DNA of 64,000 bases from Opitutales bacterium (GCA_965197745.1 CBDANS010000006.1:160001-224000); one strand, 5' to 3'. Counted from the first letter of the stretch, positions 1 to 11,248 are shown. The notes: generated by a model from the sequence alone, not told the origin. Numbers and translations: made by a program.

Positions 1-914
1 TTGAGCGGTTTCTCCCCCAGCACCTTACAGCCGTGGTCCACATGATTGGGCGCGAAAATCAGGTCTCCGGCCTTCACTTCAGTCGTCGTATAACCGATCT
101 CTAAGAGGCCTCGGCCCGAAAGTATATAAAAAGCCTGCTCCCGATCATAGTGGGCATGTGTCGGCGTCCCGCCATCTGGTCCGTATTGAGACAGGCCAGA
201 CCTTACCATCAGACTGTTCGCTTTGAAATTATTCCGTCTTTCCAGGTCTTTCGGGTAATACAAGACAGAAGCCGAGAGCCGGGTATGGCCGCCCGCGCCA
301 ATAATCGTTAACCCGGTGTCTTTCTGGCGTGGCGCAGGCGCCACGGTAATGTACCCGCCCTCCCTGAAATAGTCGAACGGATTACTGGATTCAGAGCGGA
401 TGAGCGGTTTTATATTCGTGGTCGGCACGGCACCCTCCTCCATCCAGACAGCCTTCACCAGCCTTAACGGCTCCGCTCCCGTCACCTTCGCCGCAAAAGA
501 CAGTCCGGAAGGGACGAAAATCACGTCCTCTTTCACCACATCGGATTTGAAGAATCCGATTTGAATATCGGCTGTTCCTCCCGCGACGATGAGCAAAGTT
601 TCTACTTTTCCCTCTACCGCCTCTAGTAGCGCATCGCCGCCGGAAGCATATTCCAGGATAGAAACATGAGCCAGATATGAATTTCCCCGATGATCCCAAT
701 CCCGATTATCTTTCGGGGATACGAGCATCGCCATCGACTTGCCCCGCTCACCTTTCGAATCGGGAACCGCCTTCAACGGGTTCGTCTCCTCATTAAAGAT
801 CAAATGCCCCCACCCGGGGCCGTCGTCAGATTGAAGGGCTGCGGTGCAGAAGATTAGTGCCAGGACTAATGATGCGGTGACCCTGCGCGAGACCGATTTT
901 TCAACTGCTTTCAA
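1..914 (-). CDS. Secreted bicupin-domain protein, runs off the window start
   Basis: Not in the ORF track because there is no stop in the window. Manual translation from TTG at 914 gives the signal-like MKAVEKSVSRRVTASLVLALIFCTAALQS and the cupin motif THAHYDREQAFYILSGRG...VKAGDLIFAPNHVDHG. Confidence 0.75.
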   Translation of the reverse strand, partial: MKAVEKSVSRRVTASLVLALIFCTAALQSDDGPGWGHLIFNEETNPLKAVPDSKGERGKSMAMLVSPKDNRDWDHRGNSYLAHVSILEYASGGDALLEAVEGKVETLLIVAGGTADIQIGFFKSDVVKEDVIFVPSGLSFAAKVTGAEPLRLVKAVWMEEGAVPTTNIKPLIRSESSNPFDYFREGGYITVAPAPRQKDTGLTIIGAGGHTRLSASVLYYPKDLERRNNFKANSLMVRSGLSQYGPDGGTPTHAHYDREQAFYILSGRGLLEIGYTTTEVKAGDLIFAPNHVDHGCKVLGEKPL

Positions 915-1124
915 GATACGTATGATATTATGTCTCAGAAGGAATTTTTTTAGACAAGAATCTCTTTTGGATAGCTAACCCGAAGACTTCTAAGTCTGTA
1001 CGTGTTTAGCATGATTGCAAATCCCTTATTCTTTTTATCTTTTCAAGGGCTTTTCGTCGTTCAGACGAAGTAATTATCTTAGGATGACAGAATGTGTATA
1101 AATCGATATCATGGAAACCCGAAA

Positions 1125-1183
1125 GGGGTCAGGCCCTGCATTTTGGCATTTATAATTATTTGCCAGTTTGCAGGGCCTGGCCC
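1125..1183. repeat. REP/REPIN-like palindrome
   Basis: GGGTCAGGCCCTGCA-TTT-TGGCA...TGCCA-GTT-TGCAGGGCCTGGCCC. It has the same GGGTCAG foot as the repeats flanking the RAYT gene. Confidence 0.7.
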
Positions 1184-2756
1184 GAATGGCGTTAAGATAA
1201 GGGTGGTTTAGGATGATAAAAGCCTTTGTTTTTTCGTGAAGCAGAGACGGTCATCATGGCTCGTGGATGAGTCAATCGTTGGAAAGGTATAGGTCTACGT
1301 TTGAGGACTCTTGGTTCGTATCGGAAGGGACGTAGGGGGACCGATTCGAGGGCAATGAGGTGTATCATCTCGTCAATGACAGATCGTTGGGCTCTGGGAT
1401 TAAACCGGGTGGCCGCGAGCGCACTTTGATATTGGCGGAGGGTGTCAACAGCCCCCTTGAAGCTTAGCCGGGAGAGGTCGCGGTGGAAGGCACTGGCAGC
1501 TTGCTGCAAAAGAGCGCGGATGAGAGATTGTAGGCGATGGCAAACATCGCAATCTCTTTGCGCACGAGAGCGACCGAGCGAGAGCGCAGGATCTCCATCC
1601 CCATGGTGGTTTTGATGTGGCGAAAGTAAAGCTCCACTGCCCAGCGCCGATAGTATAATTCTCCGAGATCGTGGTGGGAGTATTGGTGAGGATCGCTCAA
1701 GGTAGTCACGAGGTCTACGCTATGGGCGCGGAAACCTTTGATGAAAATGAAAATCTTCACCAGCCGTACGGGGATCTCATCAGGGATTTGCCGCCACTGC
1801 TCGCGACTGAAGCCGAAGACATTTTGCGGCTTCTTCCACATGATCAGCCGGTCATACCTACCCAAGGACCTGCCCTGACGAAAGTCGCTTCTTCGTTGCT
1901 GATGCAAACGCATGACCGCTTCAGCACCGCGGCCTTTAAGCAGGGCAATATTGAGGTAAGAGCAAAATCCCCGGTCGGCAAGGACCACATCACCCTTTTG
2001 AAAAAATCCGATCATGCCCCGCAACAGCACACTGTCATGATGCCTTAGTGAGGACTCCATCCAGTGTAAAAGCGCCCCACTGGCTAAAGAAAAACAGCCC
2101 ACCAGCTTCACCACCGGAAAGCCGCAGCCGCTTCGTTGCTGCGAAGGCTGTGGGTAACACCTCTGCAAGCACGGCGTATCGGCGGTGGCGATACCCGTGC
2201 CGTCGACCACTTTTACCTCGTGACCTTTCCACCGTTGATCGTCGGTCACTCTCCCGGCCACCTCTTCACTGATCGCTTCATGGATCCCGTGCAGGTCTTG
2301 CACCAACAGCCGTTGCCTCGCCTGACAGTAGGCCGAGGCCGTTCCTTTAGCCAACTTCAGCCCCTTCATGCTGCAATAGCTCTGGAGCTTGCGCACCACT
2401 TCCCGGCAGGCAGTCCGTGGTGAGAGCACTTGGAACAAAAATGCCCAGAAGGTCACGTTTTGGCTGAACAATCTCCGCCGGCTGTTAGCCCCTCGAGGCT
2501 TCCGGTGTAAATACTTTTGCGGCACCCACTGCCCGAAGATATCCGATAGCTCGGAAAGACTTGACCGCCGTATTTCTACCAGCTTACCCTCCATCTGTGC
2601 AAGGGCTGTTCGGGGAGCACGACCGAACAGGACCTGATTAAATCCTGGAAAATAACGAGTTAAGTTTTGTTTTTGCATGCTCGTTAGGGTAGCTCTCCAA
2701 CGGTCCCTGTACAAGCATCTATTGCACTCATTCTATCCCTTATCTTAACGCCATTC
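1184..2756 (-). mobile_element. IS4-family insertion sequence
   Basis: Perfect 20-bp terminal IRs GAATGGCGTTAAGATAAGGG / CCCTTATCTTAACGCCATTC enclose a DDE transposase. No target duplication is visible. Confidence 0.92.
1192..2678 (-). pseudogene. IS4 transposase, frameshifted near 1522
   Basis: Motifs VVDGT, LADRGF, YYRRWAVELYFRHIK. An extra TC (AAT CTC TC ATC CGC) breaks YNLIRALLQQAA, and the C-terminus continues in ORF 1192..1509. Confidence 0.88.
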
Positions 2757-3803
2757 GGGTCAGACTGCGAATTCTTTGATTTTATTCAAGGTTCTGTAGG
2801 CTTTACTTCTGTTCTTCTGCTCACGCCGAAAGATACTAACATTGTGACTAACCGAATTATACTCACCCATATTCAACCTGGCTGCGATCCATCCGTTTCT
2901 GGCTGATGTATGTTCTTTCAGTGTCAGGGCGATGGCCAATTTCCATTCCGCTGATTTCCTGTCTTTCTCAATGTCAGACTTCGTCTTCTTCAGAGATCTC
3001 AGACATTCTTCCAAAGTGGTTTCCCAACCGAGCTCATTAAGCTCCTGTACTTCCCCGGCCTCCATGTGCATCAAGGAACGCGATTCCTTGAAGTCTTTAA
3101 CTAAGGCTTTCTTGTACCCTCTACTTCCTATGCACGATCCTCGGCTCAATCTCCTGCGTTGCTTCTCAAGTTTCTCATCATCAGTCGTATGAGTTTGGCG
3201 CAACAATTCCAGATACTCTCGCCATCCCGCTGCATTATCCTCAATCCTTCCCAGGTCATAAAGCCAGTCTTGCAATGAAGCACTTTCTCACGCTTTCGCT
3301 GTAGAAACTTCGGTAGACTGCTGAACGCGTAATCGCCTACATGGCCAATGCTTACGATTCCAGCCCGTACTGGGTTTAAGTGAATGTAATTTACCACCTC
3401 ACACAGGGCCGTTCCAGGCTCAACTACCAGTGACTTATAACGCCCTTGAAAGAGATGTCCATTCTCTCCTCGCAGTCGATTGAATCGATTCGCGAAGGTG
3501 GACTGCAGCCATTGCATCCCGAAGATCAGATTCCCCTTTGGCGTTGCAATCGCCAGGTGGTAATGATTGCGCATAATTACATAGGCATACAGCCACCACC
3601 CGGACTTCTCGCACGCTTCAATCAGCGTCCGTATGAAAGCTCTCTTTGTCTTCGCCGAATAGAACAGGTCCCGGCGATAGTTTCCCCGGTTGATGATGTG
3701 GTAGAGCCCGTCGTTACTTTCAATCCTTGATTTTCGAGCCATTTTCTAGCAATTCCAGTCCTCCAATAGTTTCTTATCAAACAAAGTATTCGCAGTCTGA
3801 CCC
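2757..3803 (-). mobile_element. RAYT (REP-associated Y1/HUH transposase) unit bounded by inverted repeats
   Basis: GGGTCAGACTGCGAATTCTTTG at 2757 and its inverse CAAAGTATTCGCAGTCTGACCC ending at 3803 (21/22 match). The gene's stop codon lies inside the TGACCC foot. Confidence 0.8.
2760..3742 (-). pseudogene. RAYT/Y1 transposase with C-terminal helical domain, one frameshift near 3272
   Basis: YHIINRG, MRNHYHL (HUH), GHLFQGRYKS, YIHLNPVRAG. Split into ORFs 3146..3742 and 2760..3275. Confidence 0.88.
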
Positions 3804-3811
3804 TTTTTTTC

Positions 3812-4429
3812 TGTGTCGTTGAACAAATCGGTGAATACCGCTGGAGTAGTTTAGCCTGGTATCTACAAAAGAACCGTCCTCCGCTGTTAAATATGGATGC
3901 CGTATTGTCAGCAATCGGTGGAATCAAGGATAGCCCGATAGCCCATATGCACATAAGAAGTATTTGGTTTACCTGAAGTTTCTGGCAGAGAGTGAATCAG
4001 ATCGCAAAGCGTTGGCTTTCGATGTACTCAGTAAGGGATGGTGTCAGGGATCTACGGAATTTAAAGAGGATTCGATCAAACGGTTGAAAAAAAAGGGAGC
4101 AGATCTGGAGCGTACCACATTGCTGGGAGTCCAGTCAGTAGAATTCAGTGATGTCAGAGAGATGCAATGGGATTTAATGCTCTCAAAATTGGCCAAGAAG
4201 GCGCGGATCAACCTGGTTGACCTACCTGACAAAAAATCTGCTTTTGAAAAAGTGCTGTTGGCGAGTTTGATGAAACAAACTAGCTCGGTGAGTAATGGTT
4301 GGCTGGCAGAACGTTTATCTATGGGTCAACCGTCAAGCGTAAGTCAGTTTGTGAGGCGAATGGAGTTGAAAAGGGACGAATTGTGGGTGAAGAAAGAAAA
4401 GATTTTGTCAAATGTCAAGACATGACCCC
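3812..4429 (+). pseudogene. 3' fragment of a second, divergent RAYT
   Basis: EYRWSSL..., LSKGWCQGSTEFK, SNGWLAERLSMG are homologous to the C-terminus of the first RAYT. It ends AATGTCAAGACATGACCCC with the stop in the foot; the HUH domain is missing. Confidence 0.75.
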
Positions 4430-4517
4430 ATTTGATTCCAGCTTGGTAAAAAAATCTTTCAATCAACTAATCCATCCTATACATTTGCTTGCTAATGCTC
4501 TATTCTGAACTTTAAAA

Positions 4518-4910
4518 ATGCCCGTAATAAGAACCAGCGAAAGTTCACTTAAAGGCAACAACCGACCGGAAGGATGTGATAAAACAGCAGCCGGTGTATT
4601 TTGCGTTTCAACATCAGACGGTAAATTTGATTGTCACTATCACGACTGCGACGAGTACTGGCTTATCTTTAAGGGTAAGGCAAAAATCTCCAGTGAGAAA
4701 AAAGAATATTACGTGAAATCCGGTGACATCGTTTATACCAGGACGGGAGATGAACACGATGTCCTGGAAATATATGAAGATCTGGAAGCTTTTTATTTTG
4801 AAGATGTAACTCCCGAAGGGGGAAGGGTCGGACACTTGCACAAAAGCGAAGAGAAAGCTCAAGGACACCCCGTTCCCGCGATGCCTCTACCCGCTGATTT
4901 TCCTGCGTAA
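4518..4910 (+). CDS. Cupin-domain protein
   Basis: HYHDCDEYWLIFKG and VKSGDIVYTRTGDEH cupin motifs. Confidence 0.88.
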   Translation: MPVIRTSESSLKGNNRPEGCDKTAAGVFCVSTSDGKFDCHYHDCDEYWLIFKGKAKISSEKKEYYVKSGDIVYTRTGDEHDVLEIYEDLEAFYFEDVTPEGGRVGHLHKSEEKAQGHPVPAMPLPADFPA

Positions 4911-4943
4911 TATTTCTTTTTTACGCATGTTCATAGTTTTATC

Positions 4944-6011
4944 ATGATGGGTAAACAACTGCGTTATATTATTGTAGGAATTGGCGACATGGGCACGTCT
5001 TGGTGTAAATTAACGCTGCCTCGTCTTGCTGACTTAGGGAAAGCAATACCCGCAGCCGCTGTCGATGTCGACGCGGACCGTCTTCAAAATGCAAAAGAGC
5101 ATTTGGGGCTGTCGACAGACCTTTGTTTTACCGATATTAATACCGCATTCGACAAAGTAAGAGCGGACTTCGCGATTGTTGTCACCCCACCTGTTTTTCA
5201 TGAGGCGGTTGTCGATGCGGCACTCGCCCATGATATGGACATCCTCTCGGAAAAACCAATAGCTGATAGTATTGAAACCTGTTGCCGTATTTATAAGAAA
5301 GTCACATCCGCCGGAAAAAAAATGGCGGTGACCATGACCCACCGATTCGACCAGGATAAACAATCATTAGAAGCCGCGGTGCAAAGCGGCGAATATGGGC
5401 ACCTGGATTATGCCGTGGGGCGTTTCACCATGGCCTTTAGAAAATATGGTGCTTGGGGTGCAACATTTCGAAATGAAATGCCCGACCCACTTCTTATCGA
5501 AGGCACCGTGCACCATTTTGATATCTTTCGCGGTTTGGCAAGATCAGACTGTGAGACCGTTTACACGGTCAGCTGGAATCCCACATGGGGCGAATACGCT
5601 GGCGATAGCCAGGCTCTCATCACGATGAAAATGACTAATGGCGTGAAATGCTTCTGGGAGGGAGCGAAATGCAATGCCGTAACCCTGAACGGGTGGACTA
5701 AGGATTACTTACGCGTTGAATGCGAAAGCGGCACGCTTGAACTCGATGCCCGGAGGTTGAGGATGCTTGATCCTCGTATTGATGGAGAGATTACCGGAAA
5801 GGAATTGCCCCTGGCCAGCGGTGAAGTCTGGAAAAACGAGTTGCTTGCGGAGATGTTTTGCGATTGGCTGTCAGGAGAAAGAGAAGAGCATCCTACTCGA
5901 TTGGAAGACAATATACAATGCGCCGCACTACTCTACGCAGCTGTTGAATCCGCGCATACCGGACAGCCGGTAAATGTTCAGCATTTCCTGCAACAATATA
6001 TGAATGCTTAA
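4944..6011 (+). CDS. Gfo/Idh/MocA family NAD(P)-dependent oxidoreductase
   Basis: GIGDMG, VVTPPVFH, LSEKP, EGTVHHFD. Confidence 0.93.
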   Translation: MMGKQLRYIIVGIGDMGTSWCKLTLPRLADLGKAIPAAAVDVDADRLQNAKEHLGLSTDLCFTDINTAFDKVRADFAIVVTPPVFHEAVVDAALAHDMDILSEKPIADSIETCCRIYKKVTSAGKKMAVTMTHRFDQDKQSLEAAVQSGEYGHLDYAVGRFTMAFRKYGAWGATFRNEMPDPLLIEGTVHHFDIFRGLARSDCETVYTVSWNPTWGEYAGDSQALITMKMTNGVKCFWEGAKCNAVTLNGWTKDYLRVECESGTLELDARRLRMLDPRIDGEITGKELPLASGEVWKNELLAEMFCDWLSGEREEHPTRLEDNIQCAALLYAAVESAHTGQPVNVQHFLQQYMNA

Positions 6012-6234
6012 GCACATCACCTTTGTTAATACCCCAATCCTGATTAAGGTGATGTAAGAAAGTGTCTACCCAGGTACCGACGGTTGAAGATCCTCGTCTG
6101 TTTGCGAACAAGGTAGGGGATACTGATTAGATAACAGCGCTTATAGGTATACTACCTGTCAGATCAAATTCCCTATGATCTAAATGAAAAACTGGACAGC
6201 TTTTTCATTCAAAGGCACTGTCATCACAGATCCA

Positions 6235-8796
6235 ATGAATCGTCTATTAATAATTCTGTTATCTTTTGTCGTTAGTCTATTTTTTACGGGGTGCAGTGAA
6301 AGTGAAGCCCCGAAATCGGAAGCCATCACTTGGGAGGAACTACCCGAGCTTCCGAAAACGATTGGTCTGGGAGGCGCATTTGCCGGTGTCAGCAACGGCG
6401 CACTGATCGTCGCTGGTGGGGCGAATTTTCCCGTTGAACCAGAGTGGGAGAATGGAACAAAAGTCTGGTTTGACGCGATCTATGTTTTAACTCCTGAAAA
6501 TAAAGAGAAGGAGTGGTTAACTGGATTCAAACTTAATCAACCCCTCGCTTACGGTGCCTCGGTAAGCATGGAAGAAAGCCTGATCCTTATCGGTGGCAGT
6601 GATGCAGAGCGCAATTACGATGTGGTCACTCAACTCACATGGATTCCAGAAACCCAGAAGATTGAGCAAGAATCTCTGCCTTCTCTACCGCAACCGATAT
6701 CCCATACCGGTGCAGCGATAATAGGTAAGACCTTATATGTTGTCGGTGGCCAGGTCGACGAAGAAAGTGAAGGATTAACTAATGTATTCTGGTCTCTTAA
6801 CTTGAGCGACAAGGATGCAGAGTGGGAAGTATTAAAGCCTTGGGATGGTCCTGCCCGGAGAAAATCGATCGTAGCTGTCCAAAATATGGGTGATAGAATT
6901 TATTTATACATTTTAGGAGGTGAGGGAAAGCTAAATTTTATTCCTTTGACCGATGGCTATCGTTACTCGTTAAGGTTTAAGCAATGGGCGCGTATTGCTG
7001 ATGTACCGCATCCCGTAATGGCAGCTCCCGGGTTAGCCTACGGCCAATCGCACATCCTGGTATTCGGTGGAGCGACAGGTGATTATCTCGGTCAGATTCT
7101 AAGGGATGACTACCCTGGATTTTCCCCCGATCTGCTCGTATATCACACGATCACCGACACCTGGCTAATCAAAGAAGAAACACCATTAAGTGTGGTCACC
7201 TCGAATGCCGTGTCCTGGGGAGGTGGTATTGTGTTAACGAGCGGTGAGATTCGACCGAGCAGAAGAACACCCAAAGTCCAGCTTATGATCCATGACACCG
7301 GTGCGCGCGCCACCTTTGGCATTACCAATTACCTCTTTCTCATTATCTATATAATAAGCCTGGTATACATGGGCCTCTATTTTTCAAAACGGGAGAAGGG
7401 AACGGATGATTACTTCCTCGCCGGTCGCCGTGTTCCCTGGTGGGCCTCAGGGCTCAGTGTCTTAGGGACAGGGCTTAGCGCTCTCACTTATATTTCCCTC
7501 CCTGCATTAGTTTATGGCACGGACTGGTTCCCATATCCCGGGGAAATCGCGCTCATTATCGTCCCCATCATCACTATCTACTTTTATCTACCTTTCTTCA
7601 GAAGGCTCAACCTCGTCTCCGCTTTTGAATACCTTGAAAAACGTTTTAACCTCCCGGTACGCTTATACGGTAGCGCACAGTTTATCATTTTTCAATTGGT
7701 CCGAATCAGTATCGTGATGTATTTACCCGCCATCGTACTCTCCACGATCACCGGTATAAACATTTATATGTGCATACTATCGATGGGACTGCTGAGTACC
7801 TTTTATACTGTACTTGGTGGTATTGAAGCGGTTGTTTGGACTGATGTTTTTCAAGTTATTATTTTCTTTGGTGGAATCATCATGGCCCTGGTTATTATTC
7901 CCTTTCATATCGATGGCGGTGTTATGGAGATGTTCAAAACCGGGATGGCTGATGATAAATTCCGCATTCTTTACCTGGAATGGGATATAACTGCGACAAC
8001 CTTTTGGGCAGTCGTTATTGGTGGTGGGTTTGGCACCTTAATTCAGTATACCGCGGATCAGTCGATGATCCAAAGGTATCTCACAACAAAGGATGAAAAA
8101 GCGGCCGCTAAAGGTTTATGGTTAAACGTAGCGATAGCTATCCCTACCGGATTATTATTTTACTTCATGGGAACAGCATTATACGTCTATTACAAATCTC
8201 ACCCTTCAAACCTTAATATGGGCATGCAGAATGATGCGATCTTACCTTTATTTATTTCACAGAAAATACCCGTGGGTCTTGCCGGATTTGTCATAGCCGC
8301 AATTTTTTCCGCCGCGATGTCCAGCCTGGACAGCGGCATGAACTCGATGGCCACGGCCTTCGTCACCGACTTTTACCGTCGATTCAATCCAGCAGCCTCA
8401 GAACATAGCTGTTTAAATCTCGCGCGATGGGCCACTTTGATTATCGGAGTATTTGCTACCTCGGTTGCCTTAATCATGGTAACCTTTGACATCAAGTCAG
8501 CTGCTCTCTTTTTTACATCTGTGCTAGGCTTATTCAGCAGTGGTCTGGCGGGGCTATTCGCCCTGGGAATATTTACGCGACGGTCAAATGGGATCGGCGC
8601 TTTTATTGGAGCGATCACGAGCGCGCTCGTCCTGTTTATTATAAAATACTATACTGAAATTAATTTTTACTATTACGCATTTCTTGGATTTGTCGTTTGT
8701 TTCATCGTGGGTTACTTCGCCAGTCTGATAATTCCAGAGAGAAAAAAATCCATGGAAGGACTCACCCTCTATACCGCTTTCCCTAGAGTGAATTAA
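6235..8796 (+). CDS. Kelch/NanM-like mutarotase fused to a sodium:solute symporter (SiaT-like), probable sialic/sugar-acid uptake
   Basis: Lipobox-like FFTGC, Kelch repeats (LIVAGGANFP, LYVVGG, ILVFGG, SGEIRPS), then SSS motifs DDYFLAGRRVPWW, GGIEAVVWTD, DQSMIQRYL, AAMSSLDSG. The ORF-track start is 6184. Confidence 0.9.
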   Translation: MNRLLIILLSFVVSLFFTGCSESEAPKSEAITWEELPELPKTIGLGGAFAGVSNGALIVAGGANFPVEPEWENGTKVWFDAIYVLTPENKEKEWLTGFKLNQPLAYGASVSMEESLILIGGSDAERNYDVVTQLTWIPETQKIEQESLPSLPQPISHTGAAIIGKTLYVVGGQVDEESEGLTNVFWSLNLSDKDAEWEVLKPWDGPARRKSIVAVQNMGDRIYLYILGGEGKLNFIPLTDGYRYSLRFKQWARIADVPHPVMAAPGLAYGQSHILVFGGATGDYLGQILRDDYPGFSPDLLVYHTITDTWLIKEETPLSVVTSNAVSWGGGIVLTSGEIRPSRRTPKVQLMIHDTGARATFGITNYLFLIIYIISLVYMGLYFSKREKGTDDYFLAGRRVPWWASGLSVLGTGLSALTYISLPALVYGTDWFPYPGEIALIIVPIITIYFYLPFFRRLNLVSAFEYLEKRFNLPVRLYGSAQFIIFQLVRISIVMYLPAIVLSTITGINIYMCILSMGLLSTFYTVLGGIEAVVWTDVFQVIIFFGGIIMALVIIPFHIDGGVMEMFKTGMADDKFRILYLEWDITATTFWAVVIGGGFGTLIQYTADQSMIQRYLTTKDEKAAAKGLWLNVAIAIPTGLLFYFMGTALYVYYKSHPSNLNMGMQNDAILPLFISQKIPVGLAGFVIAAIFSAAMSSLDSGMNSMATAFVTDFYRRFNPAASEHSCLNLARWATLIIGVFATSVALIMVTFDIKSAALFFTSVLGLFSSGLAGLFALGIFTRRSNGIGAFIGAITSALVLFIIKYYTEINFYYYAFLGFVVCFIVGYFASLIIPERKKSMEGLTLYTAFPRVN

Positions 8797-8911
8797 AGAA
8801 GTAAACAGTAATCAGTCACCGTTTTCCACTTCAGTGAAATTAAAGCTGCTCATGTTTGGATCCTCTCTTGACATTGCGAGGCGCAATGACAATAAGGTGG
8901 AACGCGCTGAA

Positions 8912-9034
8912 ACAATTGCGGATTTCGGATTTTTCCTAACGGTTTTCAAACTGAAACCTGCATTCTGCGCCATCTACCCCTATGACCTTTCACTGTATCC
9001 AATCCGCAATCCGAGATCCGAAATCTGCAATTGT
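8912..9034. repeat. Inverted heptamer-type repeat (AATCCGM units) between convergent genes
   Basis: ACAATTGCGGATTTCGGAT (8912-8930) versus ATCCGAAATCTGCAATTGT (9016-9034), 18/19 match, with tandem AATCCGC/AATCCGA/GATCCGA units. Confidence 0.6.
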
Positions 9035-9035
9035 A

Positions 9036-11248
9036 TCATTCAATCGTGAGTTCTTCGGTAGCCACCGTAACTTCATCACCATCTTCATTGGCAAAGGAGG
9101 CATCAATGCTCAGTGTCGGTTGAGGGGTGTTGTTGGACTTGAAGTTGTTCTGCGTGATCAGGGTTTCAAACCCGGTGGTTGTTGAACCACTTTCCGCGAC
9201 TACGACCGCAACGCCGTTTGTCTGCAACAGGTCACCTCCGGTGATCCGTAACCCGGGATTGCCCGCGGGTACCGTAAAGGACCCTTCTCCGAACAAGAGG
9301 TGAGGTACCGCATCGCCATCAGCATCAATGTCGCCGACGGTTAATCGTACCGCGATGGGGACTCCGCGCGCATCCACGCCGGTCTTCCCGGTGCTTCCGC
9401 TGAAGACGGTATTCGACAGCTGCATGCCTCCCATTCCCGTCGAGTTGATCACTTCTACAAGGGTCACGTCAGCTTGGGCATCATAGACCTGTCCCTCGGG
9501 GAACAGCGCCTGGTTCACGGCATTGATCGATCCCACGGTGAAGATACTGAAGAAAGTGCTGGAGTCGGCTCCATCGATGACCACGCTCGGCTTACCCGTC
9601 ACGTACTCGACGGTCTGGTTGTAGCGTGGGGGAATGGCCGGGGGCAGGAAAGTGGCCGGGTCGAGGGTAACGGTAAAGGTCCCGGCGCCTGAAAACTCAA
9701 CCTGAACAATTTCCTCGGTTTCGTCCATGAAGGAGACCCTTGTAATTTGTCCCGGTCTGGCTTGGAGCTGAATGGACTCTCCAGTTAACAAAATCTGGTC
9801 AAATACGTTGCCATTAGGATGCTGGATATTCTCACCTGCGATATCTCCTGAGCCGTCGAGGACGAGGGGCACAGAGGGAGCTGCTACCGTAATAACCGCG
9901 GTATCACTGTCAGCACTACCGCTGGCGTTGGTTATCTGTGCCCAGTAGTTCGTACTCGCGGTGAATGCACCAGTAGTTAGCGTGCTGCCAGTGGCGCCTG
10001 CGACGGGGTTGGCCGTGTCACCGCTGTTGCCGGTATACCACTGGTATGTAAGATCATCACCGCTTGCCACTACAGATAAAACGACAGCCGTGCCGGACTG
10101 CACTTCCTGGCTTGCGGGTTGGGTGGTGATGGATGGACCTGTTGCGGGGGGCGGTTCGCCGCCGCCGTCGAAACCGGGGGTTCCAATAGGGGTAAATCCG
10201 AAGTCGTCGATAGCCGTTACACTGAATAATGGATTTACATCTTCTTTATCACTTAAAGTAATTCTAGCAATGCCACCCACAGCTCCCAATTCACTGGCAA
10301 GAAATGTATAAGGCGGAACTCCTGATCCCTGCAGGATATTCGACTGCAGGTCTACTTCCACGGCGATTAAATTATCTTCAGTATCATATACCTCAATAGT
10401 ACCATCGGATTCGCCGCCACTGCTAGCTGATGCCGTGATGGTTCCGGCAAAAAATTGCACCCGCGCAGCCGGTGTTTCAAAAGTGATCGTTGCGGTTTTG
10501 CCATTCTGGACTCTCCAGTGACTAGGAAGTGAGCGGATTTTTTCGATCTCGAAAAAATCCTGTTCCGAGGATATATCTGCGCCTGATAAGGTGGCGGAAA
10601 AAGGCGATGTTCCAACGATAATATCATCACTAGTGGTTGTGAATTCTGAAAAGAAAGTAAATACCGTGTTGTTCCTTGGCCCATCAATGAGGGTATAACC
10701 CACATCGTCGATGACTAATTTACCCGATGCATTCAGGAATTTAATTTCATTCATACCGTCAAAGTAATTGAGATCTGTTTCGTCGAGGAAACTGCCACTG
10801 AAACCCACGATTCTTTGCAGCGCAGGATTGGAATCAGGATTGATACTGGTTGGAAAACCCGTAAAAACGCCCTGCGAAGTTAATGCAAATTCTAATTGAC
10901 CTAAAGAAGTTGCAATAAGTTCTCGAACCTCGATCTTGCCCGCGCCCGTGGTTTCAGCCACGTAGAATTCGATTTCAGCAATCCCTTTAGTTGTGAAGAT
11001 CTTCCCTTCCTGGCCGGGCCCCAGGGATAATGCTTTCGTTCCCGAGTGCAGCAGACTTGAGTCCTCCAGCGTTTCTACGGTAAACCCGATAAATTGGATA
11101 TCATTTGGCGGATTACCGAGTAAAAAGTCTCCCGAACCTTCGGCATTTTCAAAATCTAAAAATTTTCCTGGTCTTGAGGAAGAGCTCGGAGAAGAAGAGG
11201 AAAATACAGTGAAATTAGCGATACGAGAACAATATTTTTAAAACGCAT
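9036..11248 (-). pseudogene. Secreted/surface protein with Ig-like domain and Opitutae-type C-terminal domain; frameshift right after the signal peptide
   Basis: ATG 11248 gives MRFKNIVLVSLISLYFPLLLRALPQDQENF*. One more T in the T5 run (11158-11162) joins it to the long frame LDFENAEG...MAETTG. Ig-like PSITTQPASQ...LTYQWY and C-terminal HPNGNVFDQILLTG...IVQVEFSGAG. Confidence 0.78.

Noticed and set aside
391..699. 102-aa ORF and the many short antisense or overlapping ORFs in the track
   Set aside because: These are shadow frames of better-supported genes or IS sequences.
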